NCBI GenBank assembly: GCA_034408725.1 | Contig: JAWXCN010000173.1 | Location: forward strand, 1 to 54,373 | Length of the DNA: 54,373 nt | Direction: 5' to 3' | Source: Candidatus Hydrogenedentota bacterium | GTDB taxonomy: Bacteria; Hydrogenedentota; Hydrogenedentia; Hydrogenedentales; SLHB01 | Part shown: positions 38,293 to 49,660 of the stretch, one piece after another | How positions within the stretch are numbered: the stretch's first letter is position 1 | Layout: every line of letters starts with the position of its first letter | Position numbers and translations under genes: made by a program | Notes under the pieces: generated by a model | Seen by the model: only the letters and a program-made list of their open reading frames with translations | What the model was told of the DNA's origin: nothing | The model's database searches: none

Positions 38293-39522
38293 CTATTCCC
38301 CGGAGTCACCCGGCGGCGGAACGCCTGGGTCCGGCGCTTTGTTTTCGGGTTCCCCTCGCGCGGAATGCGTTTGCAGCGAAAGTTCGATGGATCGAAACGC
38401 CCGCATCACGCCGCGACGGCAGGTCTGCAACGCCTTCCGCTGATCGGGGTTCACATCGCCCAATTCCTCGTTCAACAGCATGTCCACATACCCCGCCACG
38501 GCGGACAAGGGCGCGCGAAGTTGGACTGCGATTGCCCGGACGAATTCCGCCCGGTGCTTGTCGAACTCGCGCAGTTCAGTATTCAGGCGCGCATGCTTCA
38601 TCGCGGCCAGGCGGGCGGATTCTTCATGATTTTTCCGGCTCGTTTCGTCGCGCAGCAACGCGACAAAGTAACGCGCGCCGTCACGCACGTACGAACGCGC
38701 GAACAACTGCACGTCGCGCTCGTCTCCTTCGCTCGTTACGACGATCTGTGCCGATTCCGTCTGGCCGCGCGCGCGCAGGTCCGCTATCTTTTGCGGAAGG
38801 GTACCATCATCGAAAATGAATGACCTGAACCGCTGGCCAATCATGTCCGCGCGCGACACCGCCAAAAATTCGGTCGCGCGATCGTTGCATTCCGTCACAT
38901 ATTCGTTCTCATCAAACACAATAATCGGATCGCCCGCGCTGTTCAGGATTGCGCGCAACGTCGTCTCCGCGGACATCAACTGCGCTGTTTGTCCAGCGGC
39001 GGCAATCTCAGCGCGGCGAAGCCGTTCCGACAGCGCGCCGACCATCCAGCCTACAAATACGATGCTCAACATCCGAATGATGATGACGCCAAGCGAGACG
39101 GTAAGGCGATCCGAGAAGTGCTCATACGCGATCACCGCCGCGTATGTCGCCACGCAAAGCAAAGTTGCCTGTAAAACCTTGCGAAAGCGCCGGTCATATG
39201 CGGTAAAACCAATAATAAGCAAAAAATAGAGGATGTACCCGTCGCTGCTGTCCGCGCCAGTCATCGCGGTGACAATGACTATTTGGACCACGTAGATGCC
39301 GAAGTTCAGGCGGCTGTAGAAAAACCGGTACGCGCGCGTCCAAAGCACCGTGTGTACGATGATGTTATGAAGAAGCGTCATCGCCGAAATTGTGATAAAG
39401 GCCGTTGTCCCGCTTCCAAAATAGCCCAGAAGAAATACCGGCGTTATTGCCGCGTACAACGCATAGCGCATGACCAACGCGATACGCTCAACGGTGACGG
39501 GCAGGCTTTTTGAAGCGTCCAT
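38293..39522 (-). CDS. Membrane PAS sensor with a degenerate HisKA-like helix and no ATPase domain
   Basis: About 6 TM helices, PAS domain (ILNS..DPIIVFD...CN..A), then AVQLRAPL in place of the SHELRTPL H-box; the ORF ends shortly after. Confidence 0.8.
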   Translation of the reverse strand: MDASKSLPVTVERIALVMRYALYAAITPVFLLGYFGSGTTAFITISAMTLLHNIIVHTVLWTRAYRFFYSRLNFGIYVVQIVIVTAMTGADSSDGYILYFLLIIGFTAYDRRFRKVLQATLLCVATYAAVIAYEHFSDRLTVSLGVIIIRMLSIVFVGWMVGALSERLRRAEIAAAGQTAQLMSAETTLRAILNSAGDPIIVFDENEYVTECNDRATEFLAVSRADMIGQRFRSFIFDDGTLPQKIADLRARGQTESAQIVVTSEGDERDVQLFARSYVRDGARYFVALLRDETSRKNHEESARLAAMKHARLNTELREFDKHRAEFVRAIAVQLRAPLSAVAGYVDMLLNEELGDVNPDQRKALQTCRRGVMRAFRSIELSLQTHSARGEPENKAPDPGVPPPGDSGE

Positions 39523-39531
39523 GGGTTGCAC

Positions 39532-40362
39532 CTACGCATCTCCCGCGAGATCATACACGCGGTTTCGGGGCACGCCAAGCGTATGAGCGGCGAATTTGAT
39601 CGCGTCGCGCCGCGTCATTCCAGCCTTATGAATTGCGTCACTCACCGCGGCCAGGATCGCGTCGTCAGAAATTCCGGCGGAGCCGGGTTCTGCGATATTC
39701 ATCACTAAGACGCACTCGCCGCGCGTGTCTCGTTCCGAAAATATCTGCGCCAATTCCGCGAGGGCGCCACGCACTACTTCTTCGTGGATCTTGGTGAGTT
39801 CACGCGCAACGCAGGCTTCCGCGTCCGGTAACGTCTGCGCTATCAAAGATAGCGTTGCGCTAAGCCGCTGCGGAGATTCGTAAACAACGTGCGTTCCGCC
39901 CGCGGCGCGCATGGATGTAATCACTTTTCCGGCGTCTGTTTGTTTGCGGGGAAAGAAGCCGTGAAATGTAAAACGGTCCGTTGGCAACCCGCTCACGGAC
40001 AACGCGGCGATCAATGCCGATGGTCCAGGCACCGCAATGACTGGAATCCCCTGTTCTTGCGCGGCGCGCACGATTCGATATCCGGGGTCCGCGATGCACG
40101 GCGTGCCCGCGTCGGTGATCAGCGCGACGTCGCGCCCTTGCTGAAGTTGCGCAAGCAGGTGCGGCGATTTCTCCCGCTCGTTGTGGTCGTGATAACTGGT
40201 TAAGGGAGTCGGGATTTTGAAATGATCAAGCAGACGCTTTGAATGGCGGGTGTCTTCCGCGGCGATGATGCTTACCGCGCCCAGCACCCGCAACGCGCGG
40301 GCGGAAATATCCTCAAGATTGCCAATCGGCGTAGCCACGACGTAGAGGCGTCCCGTCTGCAT
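39532..40362 (-). CDS. rsmI: 16S rRNA (cytidine1402-2'-O)-methyltransferase
   Basis: LYVVATPIGNLEDIS.RA, AEDTR, DAGTP.I.DPG, YESP.R and RELTK.HEE motifs. Confidence 0.96.
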   Translation of the reverse strand: MQTGRLYVVATPIGNLEDISARALRVLGAVSIIAAEDTRHSKRLLDHFKIPTPLTSYHDHNEREKSPHLLAQLQQGRDVALITDAGTPCIADPGYRIVRAAQEQGIPVIAVPGPSALIAALSVSGLPTDRFTFHGFFPRKQTDAGKVITSMRAAGGTHVVYESPQRLSATLSLIAQTLPDAEACVARELTKIHEEVVRGALAELAQIFSERDTRGECVLVMNIAEPGSAGISDDAILAAVSDAIHKAGMTRRDAIKFAAHTLGVPRNRVYDLAGDA

Positions 40363-40450
40363 GAACTCCCCGGATTCTGGCACGCCAGAACAATGTCCGC
40401 ACTCCCCCGCGGCTATTCCTTACCCTCAAGCCGCGATAGAATGCGGGCCC

Positions 40451-43400
40451 TCACGAAACCAACGCGGAACCCGTTCCCGCGTCCGCATGATACTCTTGCA
40501 ACGATCGGACTGACATCGTGCCTTCCCGCTCGGCTTTGAGCGCCATGACGGCGGCGCGCGCCGCGGCAAGGGTAGTCATGTGCGTGATGCCCCGTTCGAG
40601 CGCCGTACGGCGAATCGCCTTCTCGTCATACTTGGATTCTTCGCCAAGCGGCGTGTTGATGACCCAGTGAACGTCCCCATTGATCATCAAGTCCACGATG
40701 TTCGGACGCTTCTCTCCAACCTTGTACACGCGTTCCGCAGGGATTTCCTGGGCCTGAAGTATCGCAGCGGTCCCTTCGGTGGCCACAAGCCGAAATCCGA
40801 GCGACGCAAGGTCCTTCCCCAACGTTCCCATCTTTTTCTTGTCGCGATCGTTAAGGCTGATGAACACCGTACCGTCCGAGGGCAACCGGTTGCCCGCGGC
40901 GAGTTGGCTCTTTGCGAACGCCATCCCCATTGTATAGTCAATGCCCATCACCTCGCCGGTGCTGCGCATTTCGGGGCCCAGTAAGATATCCACGCCCGGG
41001 AACTTTATGAACGGCAACACTACTTCCTTCGCGCTCACAAATTCCGGTTCGGGATCTTCCGTCAGGCCCAGCTCGCGCAAGCTCTTCCCCGCCATGACAC
41101 GCGCGGCCAACTTGGCCAGGGGAACGCCCGTTGCCTTGCTTACGAAAGGTATGGTGCGCGAAGCACGAGGATTCACCTCGAGCAGAAAAATCTTCTCGTC
41201 GCTCACGGCGTACTGCACGTTCATCAAACCAATGACGTTCAATTCACGCGCGAGCGCGCGGGTCTGTTCCTTTATCGCCTCGATCACCGAGGGACCAAGA
41301 TCGTAGGGCGGCAGAATGCACGCGCTGTCGCCGCTATGGACACCCGCTTCTTCAATGTGTTGCATGATGCCCGCGACAATCACATCGGTCCCGTCCGCTA
41401 TCGCGTCAACGTCTACCTCGACACCTGCTTCGATAAATTTGTCAATCAGGATCGGGTGTTCCGGTGACGCTTCAACCGCATGCGTCATGTATCGCTCAAG
41501 CGAAGTATGCTCGTACACGATTTCCATCGCGCGGCCGCCCAGTACAAAAGACGGCCGCACTACCACGGGAAACCCAATCCGGTCCGCGATTGCATGCGCT
41601 TCTTCGACCGAAGTGGCGGTTTCATTTTCAGGCTGTAATAGCCCTAGCTTTGCAACCAATTCCCGGAATTCCTTGCGGTCTTCGGCCCGCGCAATGCTCT
41701 CCGGTGACGTGCCGATGATCGGCACGCCCGCGTTCGCCAATGCCATCGCAAGATTCAGCGGCGTCTGTCCGCCAAACTGCACGATCACTCCCTTCGGCAA
41801 CTCTCGCTCGTAAATGTTCAACACGTCTTCAAACGTCACGGGCTCGAAATATAACCGGTCGGACGTGTCGTAATCCGTGGAGACGGTTTCGGGGTTGCTG
41901 TTCACCATGATGGTTTCGTAACCATCGTCCCGGAGCGCGAAGGACGCATGAACGCAACAATAGTCGAATTCTATCCCCTGCCCGATCCGGTTCGGCCCCC
42001 CGCCGATGATCATGATCTTTTCTTTGTCCGTCGGTCGCACTTCGTCTTCATCGCTATACGTCGAATAGTAATAGGGCGTGTACGCTTCAAATTCCGCCGC
42101 GCAGGTGTCCACGAGTTTGTACGTGGGAACGATCCCATGTCGCTTGCGCAAACTGCGCACGGACGCTTCATCCTTGTTCCAAAGATGCGCCAATTGATGA
42201 TCTGAAAAGCCAAATTCCTTCGCGCGCCGCAACACCGCCGGATCGTCCGGGTTCGCAAACTGCAACGCTCTCTCTTCGTCCAGAATTTCACGAATATTGC
42301 GTAGAAACCAAGGGTCGATCGCGGTAGCGTCGTGTATATCTTCCACAGTCGCGCCAGCGCGAAACGCCCGCGCGATCTGAAACAGCCGGTCCGGCACCGG
42401 CGTCTGAATGAGCCGGAGCAAAGCATTCTTTTCCTCGTCGGAAAATGGATCGCCCGTGCTCGATTTGTCCTTCCCATCGGCGCCCAGCCCAAAACGGCCA
42501 GTCTCGAGTGAGCGCAATCCCTTTTGAAGCGATTCCTTGAACGTGCGGCCAATGCTCATCGCTTCGCCAACACTTTTCATTTGAACAGTCAGCGCAGGAT
42601 TCGACCCCGGAAATTTCTCGAACGCCCACCGCGGAATCTTCGTCACAACATAATCAATTGTCGGCTCGAAAGATGCTGGCGTGACACGGGTGATGTCGTT
42701 GCGAATCTCGTCCAATGAATATCCAACCGCAAGTTTCGCGGCGATCTTTGCGATGGGAAACCCGGTCGCCTTCGACGCAAGCGCGGAACTGCGCGAAACG
42801 CGGGGGTTCATCTCGACGACAACGAGCCGGCCGTTCGCAGGATTCACCGCGAACTGGATGTTGGACCCGCCGGTTTCCACGCCGATGGCGCGGATAATCG
42901 TAATCGACGCGTCCCGCATCGCCTGGTACTCTTTGTCCGTCAGTGTTTGCGCCGGCGCGACGGTGATGCTGTCGCCCGTATGCACGCCCATCGGGTCAAA
43001 ATTTTCGATCGAGCAGACGATGACCACGTTGTCATTTAGATCGCGCATCACCTCCAACTCGTATTCTTTCCAACCCAATACGGATTCTTCGACAAGCACC
43101 TCTGTCACCGGACTGCATTCGAGCCCCCACGCGACGACCTTGTCGTACTCTTCCTTATTGAAGGAAACTCCCGCGCCGCTTCCGCCCAGTGTGAAAGCGG
43201 GGCGAATAATCGCCTTGTATCCCAGCTCCGCTCCGAATGCGTGCGCGCCTTCGAGCGTGTGTACGACCTGGCTTCGCGGAACGTCAAGGCCGCACGCCAG
43301 CATCGTCTCCTTGAATTGTCCACGGTCTTCGGCGCGTTTAATGGCGGGCAGTTTCGCGCCAATGAGCTCGACCCCGTATTTTTCGAGCACCCCGCTTTCC

Positions 43401-43708
43401 GCGAGTTCCACCGCGAGGTTCAGCGCCGTCTGTCCCCCCACCGTGGGCAATAGCGCGTCAGGTCGTTCCCGCTCGATGATGCGTTCGAGTATCTCCGCCG
43501 TCAACGGCTCGATGTAGGTGCGGTCCGCCGTTTCCGGATCCGTCATGATGGTGGCGGGATTGCTATTGACGAGGACGACTTCATACCCTTCCTCGCGCAA
43601 AGCCTTGCACGCCTGCGTACCGGAGTAATCAAATTCGCATGCCTGCCCAATGACAATGGGCCCGCTGCCGATGATGAAAATTTTGTGTATGTCGGTGCGT
43701 CTGGGCAT
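40451..43708 (-). CDS. carB: Carbamoyl-phosphate synthase large subunit
   Basis: [24 protein letters not shown], duplicated ATP-grasp halves and an MGS domain. Confidence 0.98.
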   Translation of the reverse strand: MPRRTDIHKIFIIGSGPIVIGQACEFDYSGTQACKALREEGYEVVLVNSNPATIMTDPETADRTYIEPLTAEILERIIERERPDALLPTVGGQTALNLAVELAESGVLEKYGVELIGAKLPAIKRAEDRGQFKETMLACGLDVPRSQVVHTLEGAHAFGAELGYKAIIRPAFTLGGSGAGVSFNKEEYDKVVAWGLECSPVTEVLVEESVLGWKEYELEVMRDLNDNVVIVCSIENFDPMGVHTGDSITVAPAQTLTDKEYQAMRDASITIIRAIGVETGGSNIQFAVNPANGRLVVVEMNPRVSRSSALASKATGFPIAKIAAKLAVGYSLDEIRNDITRVTPASFEPTIDYVVTKIPRWAFEKFPGSNPALTVQMKSVGEAMSIGRTFKESLQKGLRSLETGRFGLGADGKDKSSTGDPFSDEEKNALLRLIQTPVPDRLFQIARAFRAGATVEDIHDATAIDPWFLRNIREILDEERALQFANPDDPAVLRRAKEFGFSDHQLAHLWNKDEASVRSLRKRHGIVPTYKLVDTCAAEFEAYTPYYYSTYSDEDEVRPTDKEKIMIIGGGPNRIGQGIEFDYCCVHASFALRDDGYETIMVNSNPETVSTDYDTSDRLYFEPVTFEDVLNIYERELPKGVIVQFGGQTPLNLAMALANAGVPIIGTSPESIARAEDRKEFRELVAKLGLLQPENETATSVEEAHAIADRIGFPVVVRPSFVLGGRAMEIVYEHTSLERYMTHAVEASPEHPILIDKFIEAGVEVDVDAIADGTDVIVAGIMQHIEEAGVHSGDSACILPPYDLGPSVIEAIKEQTRALARELNVIGLMNVQYAVSDEKIFLLEVNPRASRTIPFVSKATGVPLAKLAARVMAGKSLRELGLTEDPEPEFVSAKEVVLPFIKFPGVDILLGPEMRSTGEVMGIDYTMGMAFAKSQLAAGNRLPSDGTVFISLNDRDKKKMGTLGKDLASLGFRLVATEGTAAILQAQEIPAERVYKVGEKRPNIVDLMINGDVHWVINTPLGEESKYDEKAIRRTALERGITHMTTLAAARAAVMALKAEREGTMSVRSLQEYHADAGTGSALVS

Positions 43709-43751
43709 GCGGCCTCGGTGGTGTTCCAAAAAATGCGGTGAACGGTCCCCG

Positions 43752-44219
43752 CTATCGTGTAATTTCCAGAATCTCGAACGTAATGTCACCCGCGGGCACC
43801 TTGGCAACCGCGCTCTCTCCGACGCCCTTCCCGAGCAACGCCAGTCCGACCGGCGACTTCACGGAAATCTTTCCCTCTTCCATATTCGCCTCGACCGGAC
43901 TCACCAGCGTGTACGTGAATTCCTTCTTCGACTTCTTGTTCAGCACGCGCACCACCGACCCCGTATACGCCTTGCTCGTGTCAATTTGATGGTCCTCGAG
44001 GATGAGCGAACGGGCCACTTTATCCTCAAGGTCCCGGATGCGCGCGTGCAACATCGCCTGCTCTTCTTTCGCGGCATGGTAATCGGCGTTTTCTTTCAAA
44101 TCGCCCAGGCCCCGGGCAGTCTCGATAGTTGCCGCCACTTCCATACGGCGCGCCTTGCACGCCTTAAGGTCTTCTTGCAACTTTGTTAGCCCCTCGCGGG
44201 ATACATACAGATTGTCCAC
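43752..44219 (-). CDS. greA: Transcription elongation factor GreA
   Basis: [17 protein letters not shown] and IS.KSPVG.ALLGK motifs. Confidence 0.96.
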   Translation of the reverse strand: MDNLYVSREGLTKLQEDLKACKARRMEVAATIETARGLGDLKENADYHAAKEEQAMLHARIRDLEDKVARSLILEDHQIDTSKAYTGSVVRVLNKKSKKEFTYTLVSPVEANMEEGKISVKSPVGLALLGKGVGESAVAKVPAGDITFEILEITR

Positions 44220-44414
44220 GGCTTTTCCGGATTCGGGTTGGCCCGCGCGGCACGCACCACGACCGTTATTGCCGTGAGGCGCCGCTGGGAGGTTTACACG
44301 TTCAAACTGCTGGGCGCAAACTATAGCAGAGTCCCAGGATGCTTTCCCATTTTTTGTCCGCTTGTGTTCACGTAACGGCTCCAGTACCCTGACGCTGCAA
44401 CCGAGTGATATCGC

Positions 44415-45245
44415 ATGAATGGCCGTTGTAACGTTCTAACCATCAAGACGCCCGAAGGCATCGTCTTCTCGATGCAGCTTGCGGGCCCCACTACCCGTTT
44501 TCTCGCGTGGATCATCGACCTCATGGTCGTCGTCATTGCATACATCGTAATCGTCTATATCGCCACACAACTTGCCATACTCAGTAGCGCCATCGCGCTC
44601 TGGCTCGCCGATTTTTTTGGGGCCTTTTCCTGGGTACTCCTGTTCGTCGTCAACATCGGATACGGCATCGTCCTCGAATGGTTCTGGCGCGGGCAGACAC
44701 TGGGCAAGTTCGTGTTCCGGCTTCGCGTGATCGATGAACAGGGGCTGCGCCTCCAGTTCAGTCAGGTCGTCATCCGCAACCTGTTGCGCACCGTCGATAT
44801 TCTACCCATGTTCTACCTCGTCGGCGGCATTGCGTGCGTCATGAGCAAACATTGCCAGCGACTGGGAGACTTCGCAGCCAATACCGTTGTAACGTATTCA
44901 CCGAAAATCGCCGAACCCGATTTGGAACAAATTCTCAGCGGCAAATACAACTCCCTGCGCGATTATCCGCACATCGAAGCGCGGCTGCGCCAACGGGTCT
45001 CGCCCGAAGAAGCCCGAATCGCGCTGCACGCTGTCCTTCGCCGGGACATGCTGGAACCCGGGGCCAGGCTGGACCTGTTCCGCGACATCGCCACGCATTT
45101 GCACACGCTTGTCGCCATACCCGAAGATACGCGCGTCGGCGTCGCCGACGAACAGTTCGTGCGAAACGTCGTCGATTGCCTGTTTCGCCCCCAAAATCTC
45201 CCGAAAGACTTGTTGCGCCAGAGGGATTCCGCGGATGTCGCGTGA
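44415..45245 (+). CDS. RDD family membrane protein
   Basis: TPEG, R..A..ID, GQTLGK...LRV, IRNLLR.VD and QRLGD.AA.T motifs. Confidence 0.92.
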   Translation: MNGRCNVLTIKTPEGIVFSMQLAGPTTRFLAWIIDLMVVVIAYIVIVYIATQLAILSSAIALWLADFFGAFSWVLLFVVNIGYGIVLEWFWRGQTLGKFVFRLRVIDEQGLRLQFSQVVIRNLLRTVDILPMFYLVGGIACVMSKHCQRLGDFAANTVVTYSPKIAEPDLEQILSGKYNSLRDYPHIEARLRQRVSPEEARIALHAVLRRDMLEPGARLDLFRDIATHLHTLVAIPEDTRVGVADEQFVRNVVDCLFRPQNLPKDLLRQRDSADVA

Positions 45246-45332
45246 CCCGATGCCCGTGCTGGCGCGAGCATATTTCAATCGTTACAATATCACCAAGGAA
45301 GTAAGGCAGTTCTATGCCTGGGGTCTCGAATA

Positions 45333-46214
45333 ATGACTTGGGTTCTGGACAAACTCCGTGTGGACTATATGTTCGGCCGCGCCGTGCGGCGCGCCGAAGA
45401 TGGCGATTTTCAAGCCGCGCTCGCCATCTTTGAAGAAGTCGCCAAGCGCGCGCCGGACATGGCGCTCGCCCATGCCAACGCAGGCTTCTGCCTGTTTCGC
45501 CTGGGCAAGTCTGCTGAAGCCCTCTTCGCATATGAAAAGGCGCGAAAACTCGCCCCCGAGGACCCTCAGCACGCGCACGATCTCGGTTGCGTGCTATACA
45601 CCAGCGGCCAAAAAGATAAAGCCGTTGACTGCTTCGTTGACGCGCTCAAATCCAATCCCAACCACAAAGAAGCCTATGCCGCGCTCGAAAAAGCGCGTCT
45701 CGAGTTAAAACTTCCGGCGAATGACCCCCGACTCGCCGCCGTGCTTCCCACTGCGCCAGCACCACAGCCGGAGAAAAAAACCGTCACGCCGGATAAACCG
45801 GCCAAGGCGCAGAAACCCGCCGCCGCGCCGCCCGCAAAAAAAGTCCAGCCCGAAGTCATTACGGCCTTGATTGCCAAGGGCCACGACCTCTACGAGAAAA
45901 GCGAGTTCGACGCTGCCCTGAACGCCTGGACGGAAGCCGCGCGACTCGATCCCTTAAACGCGAAGGCACACAACAACCGCGCCGCCGCGCTATATGAACT
46001 GGGAAAACCGCACGAAGCCATCGACGCCTGTACGGAAGCGTTGCGCGTGCAACCCGGCTACGCCATTGCCCACATGACCCGCGGCGAAATTTTTGCTTCC
46101 ATGGGCAATCGCGACGCCGTCATGCGGGAGTACACCGCGCTCAACGCCATCGACGAAGAGTTGGCCCAGCAGCTTATCGAACTGGTTCGGGGCATGAAAG
46201 ACACCATCGAATGA
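45333..46214 (+). CDS. Tetratricopeptide repeat protein
   Basis: Two TPR clusters separated by a P/A/K-rich linker. Confidence 0.88.
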   Translation: MTWVLDKLRVDYMFGRAVRRAEDGDFQAALAIFEEVAKRAPDMALAHANAGFCLFRLGKSAEALFAYEKARKLAPEDPQHAHDLGCVLYTSGQKDKAVDCFVDALKSNPNHKEAYAALEKARLELKLPANDPRLAAVLPTAPAPQPEKKTVTPDKPAKAQKPAAAPPAKKVQPEVITALIAKGHDLYEKSEFDAALNAWTEAARLDPLNAKAHNNRAAALYELGKPHEAIDACTEALRVQPGYAIAHMTRGEIFASMGNRDAVMREYTALNAIDEELAQQLIELVRGMKDTIE

Positions 46215-46687
46215 AATCATCCGCGATCATCGCAGTTGCTTTGGCGCTTCTATTCGGATGTTCGAACCCCGAACCAGCCATCGACATCCCGAAATCAGCC
46301 GGCGAAACCCTCGAGGGCGCGGTCGATACGCTAAAAAAAGACGTGCAGGATGCCGCCGATGCCGCCAAGCGCAAACTCACCGAGGAAGCTGGCTCTGAAA
46401 TCGAGCGCATATTCGCCGAGTTGGAAGAAGTCGCCGCCAACTTCAACGAAAATGCGAACTCGCTGGAAGGAGACGCAAAGGCCCGGTACGAACAGGTGCG
46501 CGCTGAATTTGAAGCGAAGAAAAAAATATTCACTGACAAACTCGCACAGTTTAAGTCCGGTTCTACCGATGCAAAAGACGATCTGCTCAAAGGCCTCTAC
46601 GATGCGCTGTCAGACGTCAAAATAACGCTCGACAGCGCCCATGAAGCCTTTCGCGATACATCGCCCCCTTCGGAACAGCCCGCCTGA
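46211..46687 (+). CDS. Hypothetical helical lipoprotein
   Basis: LLFGC lipobox; ATGA overlap; amphipathic helical body. Confidence 0.75.
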   Translation: MKSSAIIAVALALLFGCSNPEPAIDIPKSAGETLEGAVDTLKKDVQDAADAAKRKLTEEAGSEIERIFAELEEVAANFNENANSLEGDAKARYEQVRAEFEAKKKIFTDKLAQFKSGSTDAKDDLLKGLYDALSDVKITLDSAHEAFRDTSPPSEQPA

Positions 46688-46704
46688 GGCGAACCCGGCA
46701 ACCC

Positions 46705-47427
46705 ATGACCGAACTCGGCGTTAATATCGACCATATCGCAACACTACGTGAGGCCCGCAAGGGCCGCGAACCCGACCTCATCGCCGCCGCGAAGGTTTGC
46801 GAAATTGCCGGAGCACATCAGATCACCGTCCACCTGCGCCAGGATCGGCGTCACATCCAGGATCGTGATGTCGAGTTACTGATGGAAGTCGCGCAGGTGC
46901 GGGTTAATTTCGAGTTGGCGGCCGTCGATGAAATCGTCGCCATTGCGCACCGGATCAAGCCGCATACGGTCTGTCTGGTCCCCGAGAACCGGCGCGAAGT
47001 AACGACCGAAGGTGGGCTTGATGTTGCGGCGCAGGTTGCGCGATTGAAGGAACTCACCAAGGGGTTTCACGACGCAGGGATCAAGGTCAGCCTGTTTATC
47101 GATCCCCACCGTAACCAGGTGGATGCCAGCGCGGAAGTCGGCGCGGACTATGTCGAACTCCATACCGGTCAGTACGCAAACGCCCAGGACAACGCAATCC
47201 TCGGCGAAATTGGACGCATAACGGAAGCTGCCGCGCGCGCAATCGCTTCAGGCCTCATTTTCAACGCCGGTCATGGACTCACTATCCGCAACCTTCGTCC
47301 CATTGCCTCGATTCCCGGACTCAACGAGGTCAACATCGGGCACTCGATTATTTCGCGCGCATTATTTATCGGCCTGCCGGACGCAGTGCGCGAAATTCTC
47401 GATGTGCTCCACGAATGCTCCGCGTAA
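46705..47427 (+). CDS. pdxJ: Pyridoxine 5'-phosphate synthase
   Basis: LGVNIDHIATLR.AR, ITVHLR.DRRHI, TTEGGLDV, ELHTG, AGHGL and NIGHS motifs. Confidence 0.97.
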   Translation: MTELGVNIDHIATLREARKGREPDLIAAAKVCEIAGAHQITVHLRQDRRHIQDRDVELLMEVAQVRVNFELAAVDEIVAIAHRIKPHTVCLVPENRREVTTEGGLDVAAQVARLKELTKGFHDAGIKVSLFIDPHRNQVDASAEVGADYVELHTGQYANAQDNAILGEIGRITEAAARAIASGLIFNAGHGLTIRNLRPIASIPGLNEVNIGHSIISRALFIGLPDAVREILDVLHECSA

Positions 47428-47547
47428 CTAGTGTCATGAGTTTGGAAATCAGACCTTGCATCCCCCTAAATCCCCCTTCAAAGGGGGGACTTTGAAGATC
47501 GGATTATGCGTGTGATTTTGCCAAGGATTTGGGATTCATGACACTAG
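47428..47547. mobile_element. MITE-like 120-bp element with 12-bp terminal inverted repeats (CTAG ends) and an internal REP-like hairpin
   Basis: CTAGTGTCATGA (47428-47439) / TCATGACACTAG (47536-47547); internal TCCCCCTAAATCCCCCTTCAAAGGGGGGACTT (47461-47492). Confidence 0.65.
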
Positions 47548-49244
47548 AAGTCCTTAAAATCTTCATCATCCAATGGAATTACCTCTTCCGGCTTTCTCAC
47601 GGTTTTGGATGACGCCAGCGCCCTCCCCTGCCCCCGGCGCTCCCCTGTCGCTCCGCGGCGCGGGCCCGTTAACGCTGCATGACTGCGCGCTGGTAGCGCC
47701 ACGCGAGGGAAATGGGATGGTGACGGCGCGCCGGATTCTCCATGGATCAGGGCAATAAGCTCCCCGATCATCGAATTAAGTTCGTTTGCCTGGCCATTCA
47801 GTTGCTCGCTCGCCGCCGCCGATTGTTCGCTGACCGCCGCGTTCGCCTGCGTCACTTTGTCCATCTGCGACATGGCTTCATTAATCTGTCCAATTCCCTG
47901 CGACTGTTCCTTGCTCGCCGCGGAAACCTCCTCAATCAACTGGTTCACCTTCTCGATAGACGTACCGATCGCTTCAAGTTTCGAGCCGACCTCTCCGGAA
48001 ACCGATACACCGCTGTCCGCGTTTTGTTGCGCTTCTTCAATCAACGTTGACGTGCTACGCGCGGCCTCGGCGCTACGTTGCGCCAGACTACGCACTTCCT
48101 CGGCGACAACGGCGAATCCCTTGCCCGCATCGCCCGCGCGCGCCGCTTCCACTGCCGCATTCAACGCAAGCAGGTTGGTTTGAAACGCTATCTCGTCGAT
48201 CGTCTTAATGATCTTCGCGGTTTCATCCGATGACCCCTTGATGCGCTGAATCGCTCCCGACATTTTCTCCATCGCGCGCTGTCCGTCGTGCGCGGCCTCG
48301 CGCGCGGTGTTCGCCATGCCGAACGCCTGCCGCGCATTATCCGAGTTCTGCCGGATCATCGAAGCCATCTGTTCAAGCGACGCCGAGGTCTCCTCTAGTG
48401 AGGACGCCTGCTGGCTCGCGCCCGATGCCATTTGTTGGCTGGACTCGGATACCTGCTGGCTTGCGGACGCCATCTGGTCCGCCCCTTCGGTCAAATTATT
48501 TACGATGCCCGTCAGCCTCTTCGTCATTCCACGAACGACGAATACCGCCATAGACACGGAGACAAGAATGGAAAACAGCGCAATACCGCCAAACGTCAAC
48601 CACGCTTTACGCAATTCCGCCTTCGTCGCCCCATCTATCATCGCGAGATCGCTGTCGAGCTTCTCCTGGTCAGCCTTGAAACTCTCCTCGGCAAGCGCAA
48701 CAACTTCATCTACCGCGGACCGCTGCTCCCGGTATAGCGGGGCCAATTTATCGCCGAGAATCCCATTTGCAACCGCCGTGTTCCCCTCAGCGATCGCGGG
48801 AATGAACTCCTCGTTTAAGCACGTAAAAAACGCGGATGCGGGAATATCTACCTTATCTACGAGCGCCGTCCGCAATGGGCCAGGCTCCAATTCCTTAATC
48901 CAAAACGCATGCCGCACATCATATTCCGACTGGAGCTGCACGATCCTGGCCAACAGGCCGTCAACCCGGCCTTTATCCGTCGCATCGGTTAATTCATGCG
49001 CGCAAAGATACGATTCAATGATGTATTGGGGTGGCGGAAGAACATCCGCGATGGCGTCTTTTGCCACGATGATGTTGTGGTAAATCGGTCCATTAACCTG
49101 CACCCCCTTCTCCAACGTGAGAATCGTTTCGGACACGTTCGTAAGCGTTACCAGGGCGTATACGCTGAGCAACACGATGGCTGCGCTGAATAACAGCGTT
49201 ACTACCGCAAATTGCTTCGCCACAGAAAGATACTTTAGTGTCAT
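47544..49244 (-). CDS. Methyl-accepting chemotaxis protein
   Basis: Two TM helices flanking a periplasmic domain, [32 protein letters not shown] hairpin tip and C-terminal DFKDF pentapeptide. Confidence 0.96.
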   Translation of the reverse strand: MTLKYLSVAKQFAVVTLLFSAAIVLLSVYALVTLTNVSETILTLEKGVQVNGPIYHNIIVAKDAIADVLPPPQYIIESYLCAHELTDATDKGRVDGLLARIVQLQSEYDVRHAFWIKELEPGPLRTALVDKVDIPASAFFTCLNEEFIPAIAEGNTAVANGILGDKLAPLYREQRSAVDEVVALAEESFKADQEKLDSDLAMIDGATKAELRKAWLTFGGIALFSILVSVSMAVFVVRGMTKRLTGIVNNLTEGADQMASASQQVSESSQQMASGASQQASSLEETSASLEQMASMIRQNSDNARQAFGMANTAREAAHDGQRAMEKMSGAIQRIKGSSDETAKIIKTIDEIAFQTNLLALNAAVEAARAGDAGKGFAVVAEEVRSLAQRSAEAARSTSTLIEEAQQNADSGVSVSGEVGSKLEAIGTSIEKVNQLIEEVSAASKEQSQGIGQINEAMSQMDKVTQANAAVSEQSAAASEQLNGQANELNSMIGELIALIHGESGAPSPSHFPRVALPARSHAALTGPRRGATGERRGQGRALASSKTVRKPEEVIPLDDEDFKDF

Positions 49245-49416
49245 TGACCAAGCCACCCCACAGGTTCGCGTCCGCTTCCGCCGTCGTACGTGATATCTCA
49301 CACACGTCCACCGATTTTAGAAAACGCCTCTATTCCTCCCCACGCATTAAGACTTCACAGTGAGAGACTCCATGGCGCCGCGCGCTTTGCGAGCGAACCC
49401 CATCTCTCCATCCAAT

Positions 49417-49445
49417 ATATTACGCATGATAATCGATAAAGTCAA
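49417..49445 (-). promoter_or_regulatory. Sigma70-like promoter for the MCP gene
   Basis: Minus strand TTGACT (49445-49440), 17 nt spacer, TAATAT (49422-49417), within an AT-rich patch. Confidence 0.5.
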
Positions 49446-49660
49446 TATTAATCTATTGACAAATCTGCTGATTGTCTTAGTTGTGAACTGCCGTATTTCG
49501 CGCGCTTCCCGAACCATCGAAGTCCCACGTCCACTTCCAATAGCTTACCCTAAAGTTCTTAGAGCAGTGGCGCGCTTCGTTCATTCGCGCGGTGGCAAAC
49601 TCCCCGCACCCTCGGTTAGACTCTCAAAATATCCACGGTTAAATCAGGCTGCGTTTAAGA

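Noticed and set aside
49245-49410. Possible c-di-GMP riboswitch in the MCP leader
   Set aside because: Only a CGCAAAGC fragment is visible; the other conserved elements could not be found by eye. An Infernal/Rfam scan would decide.
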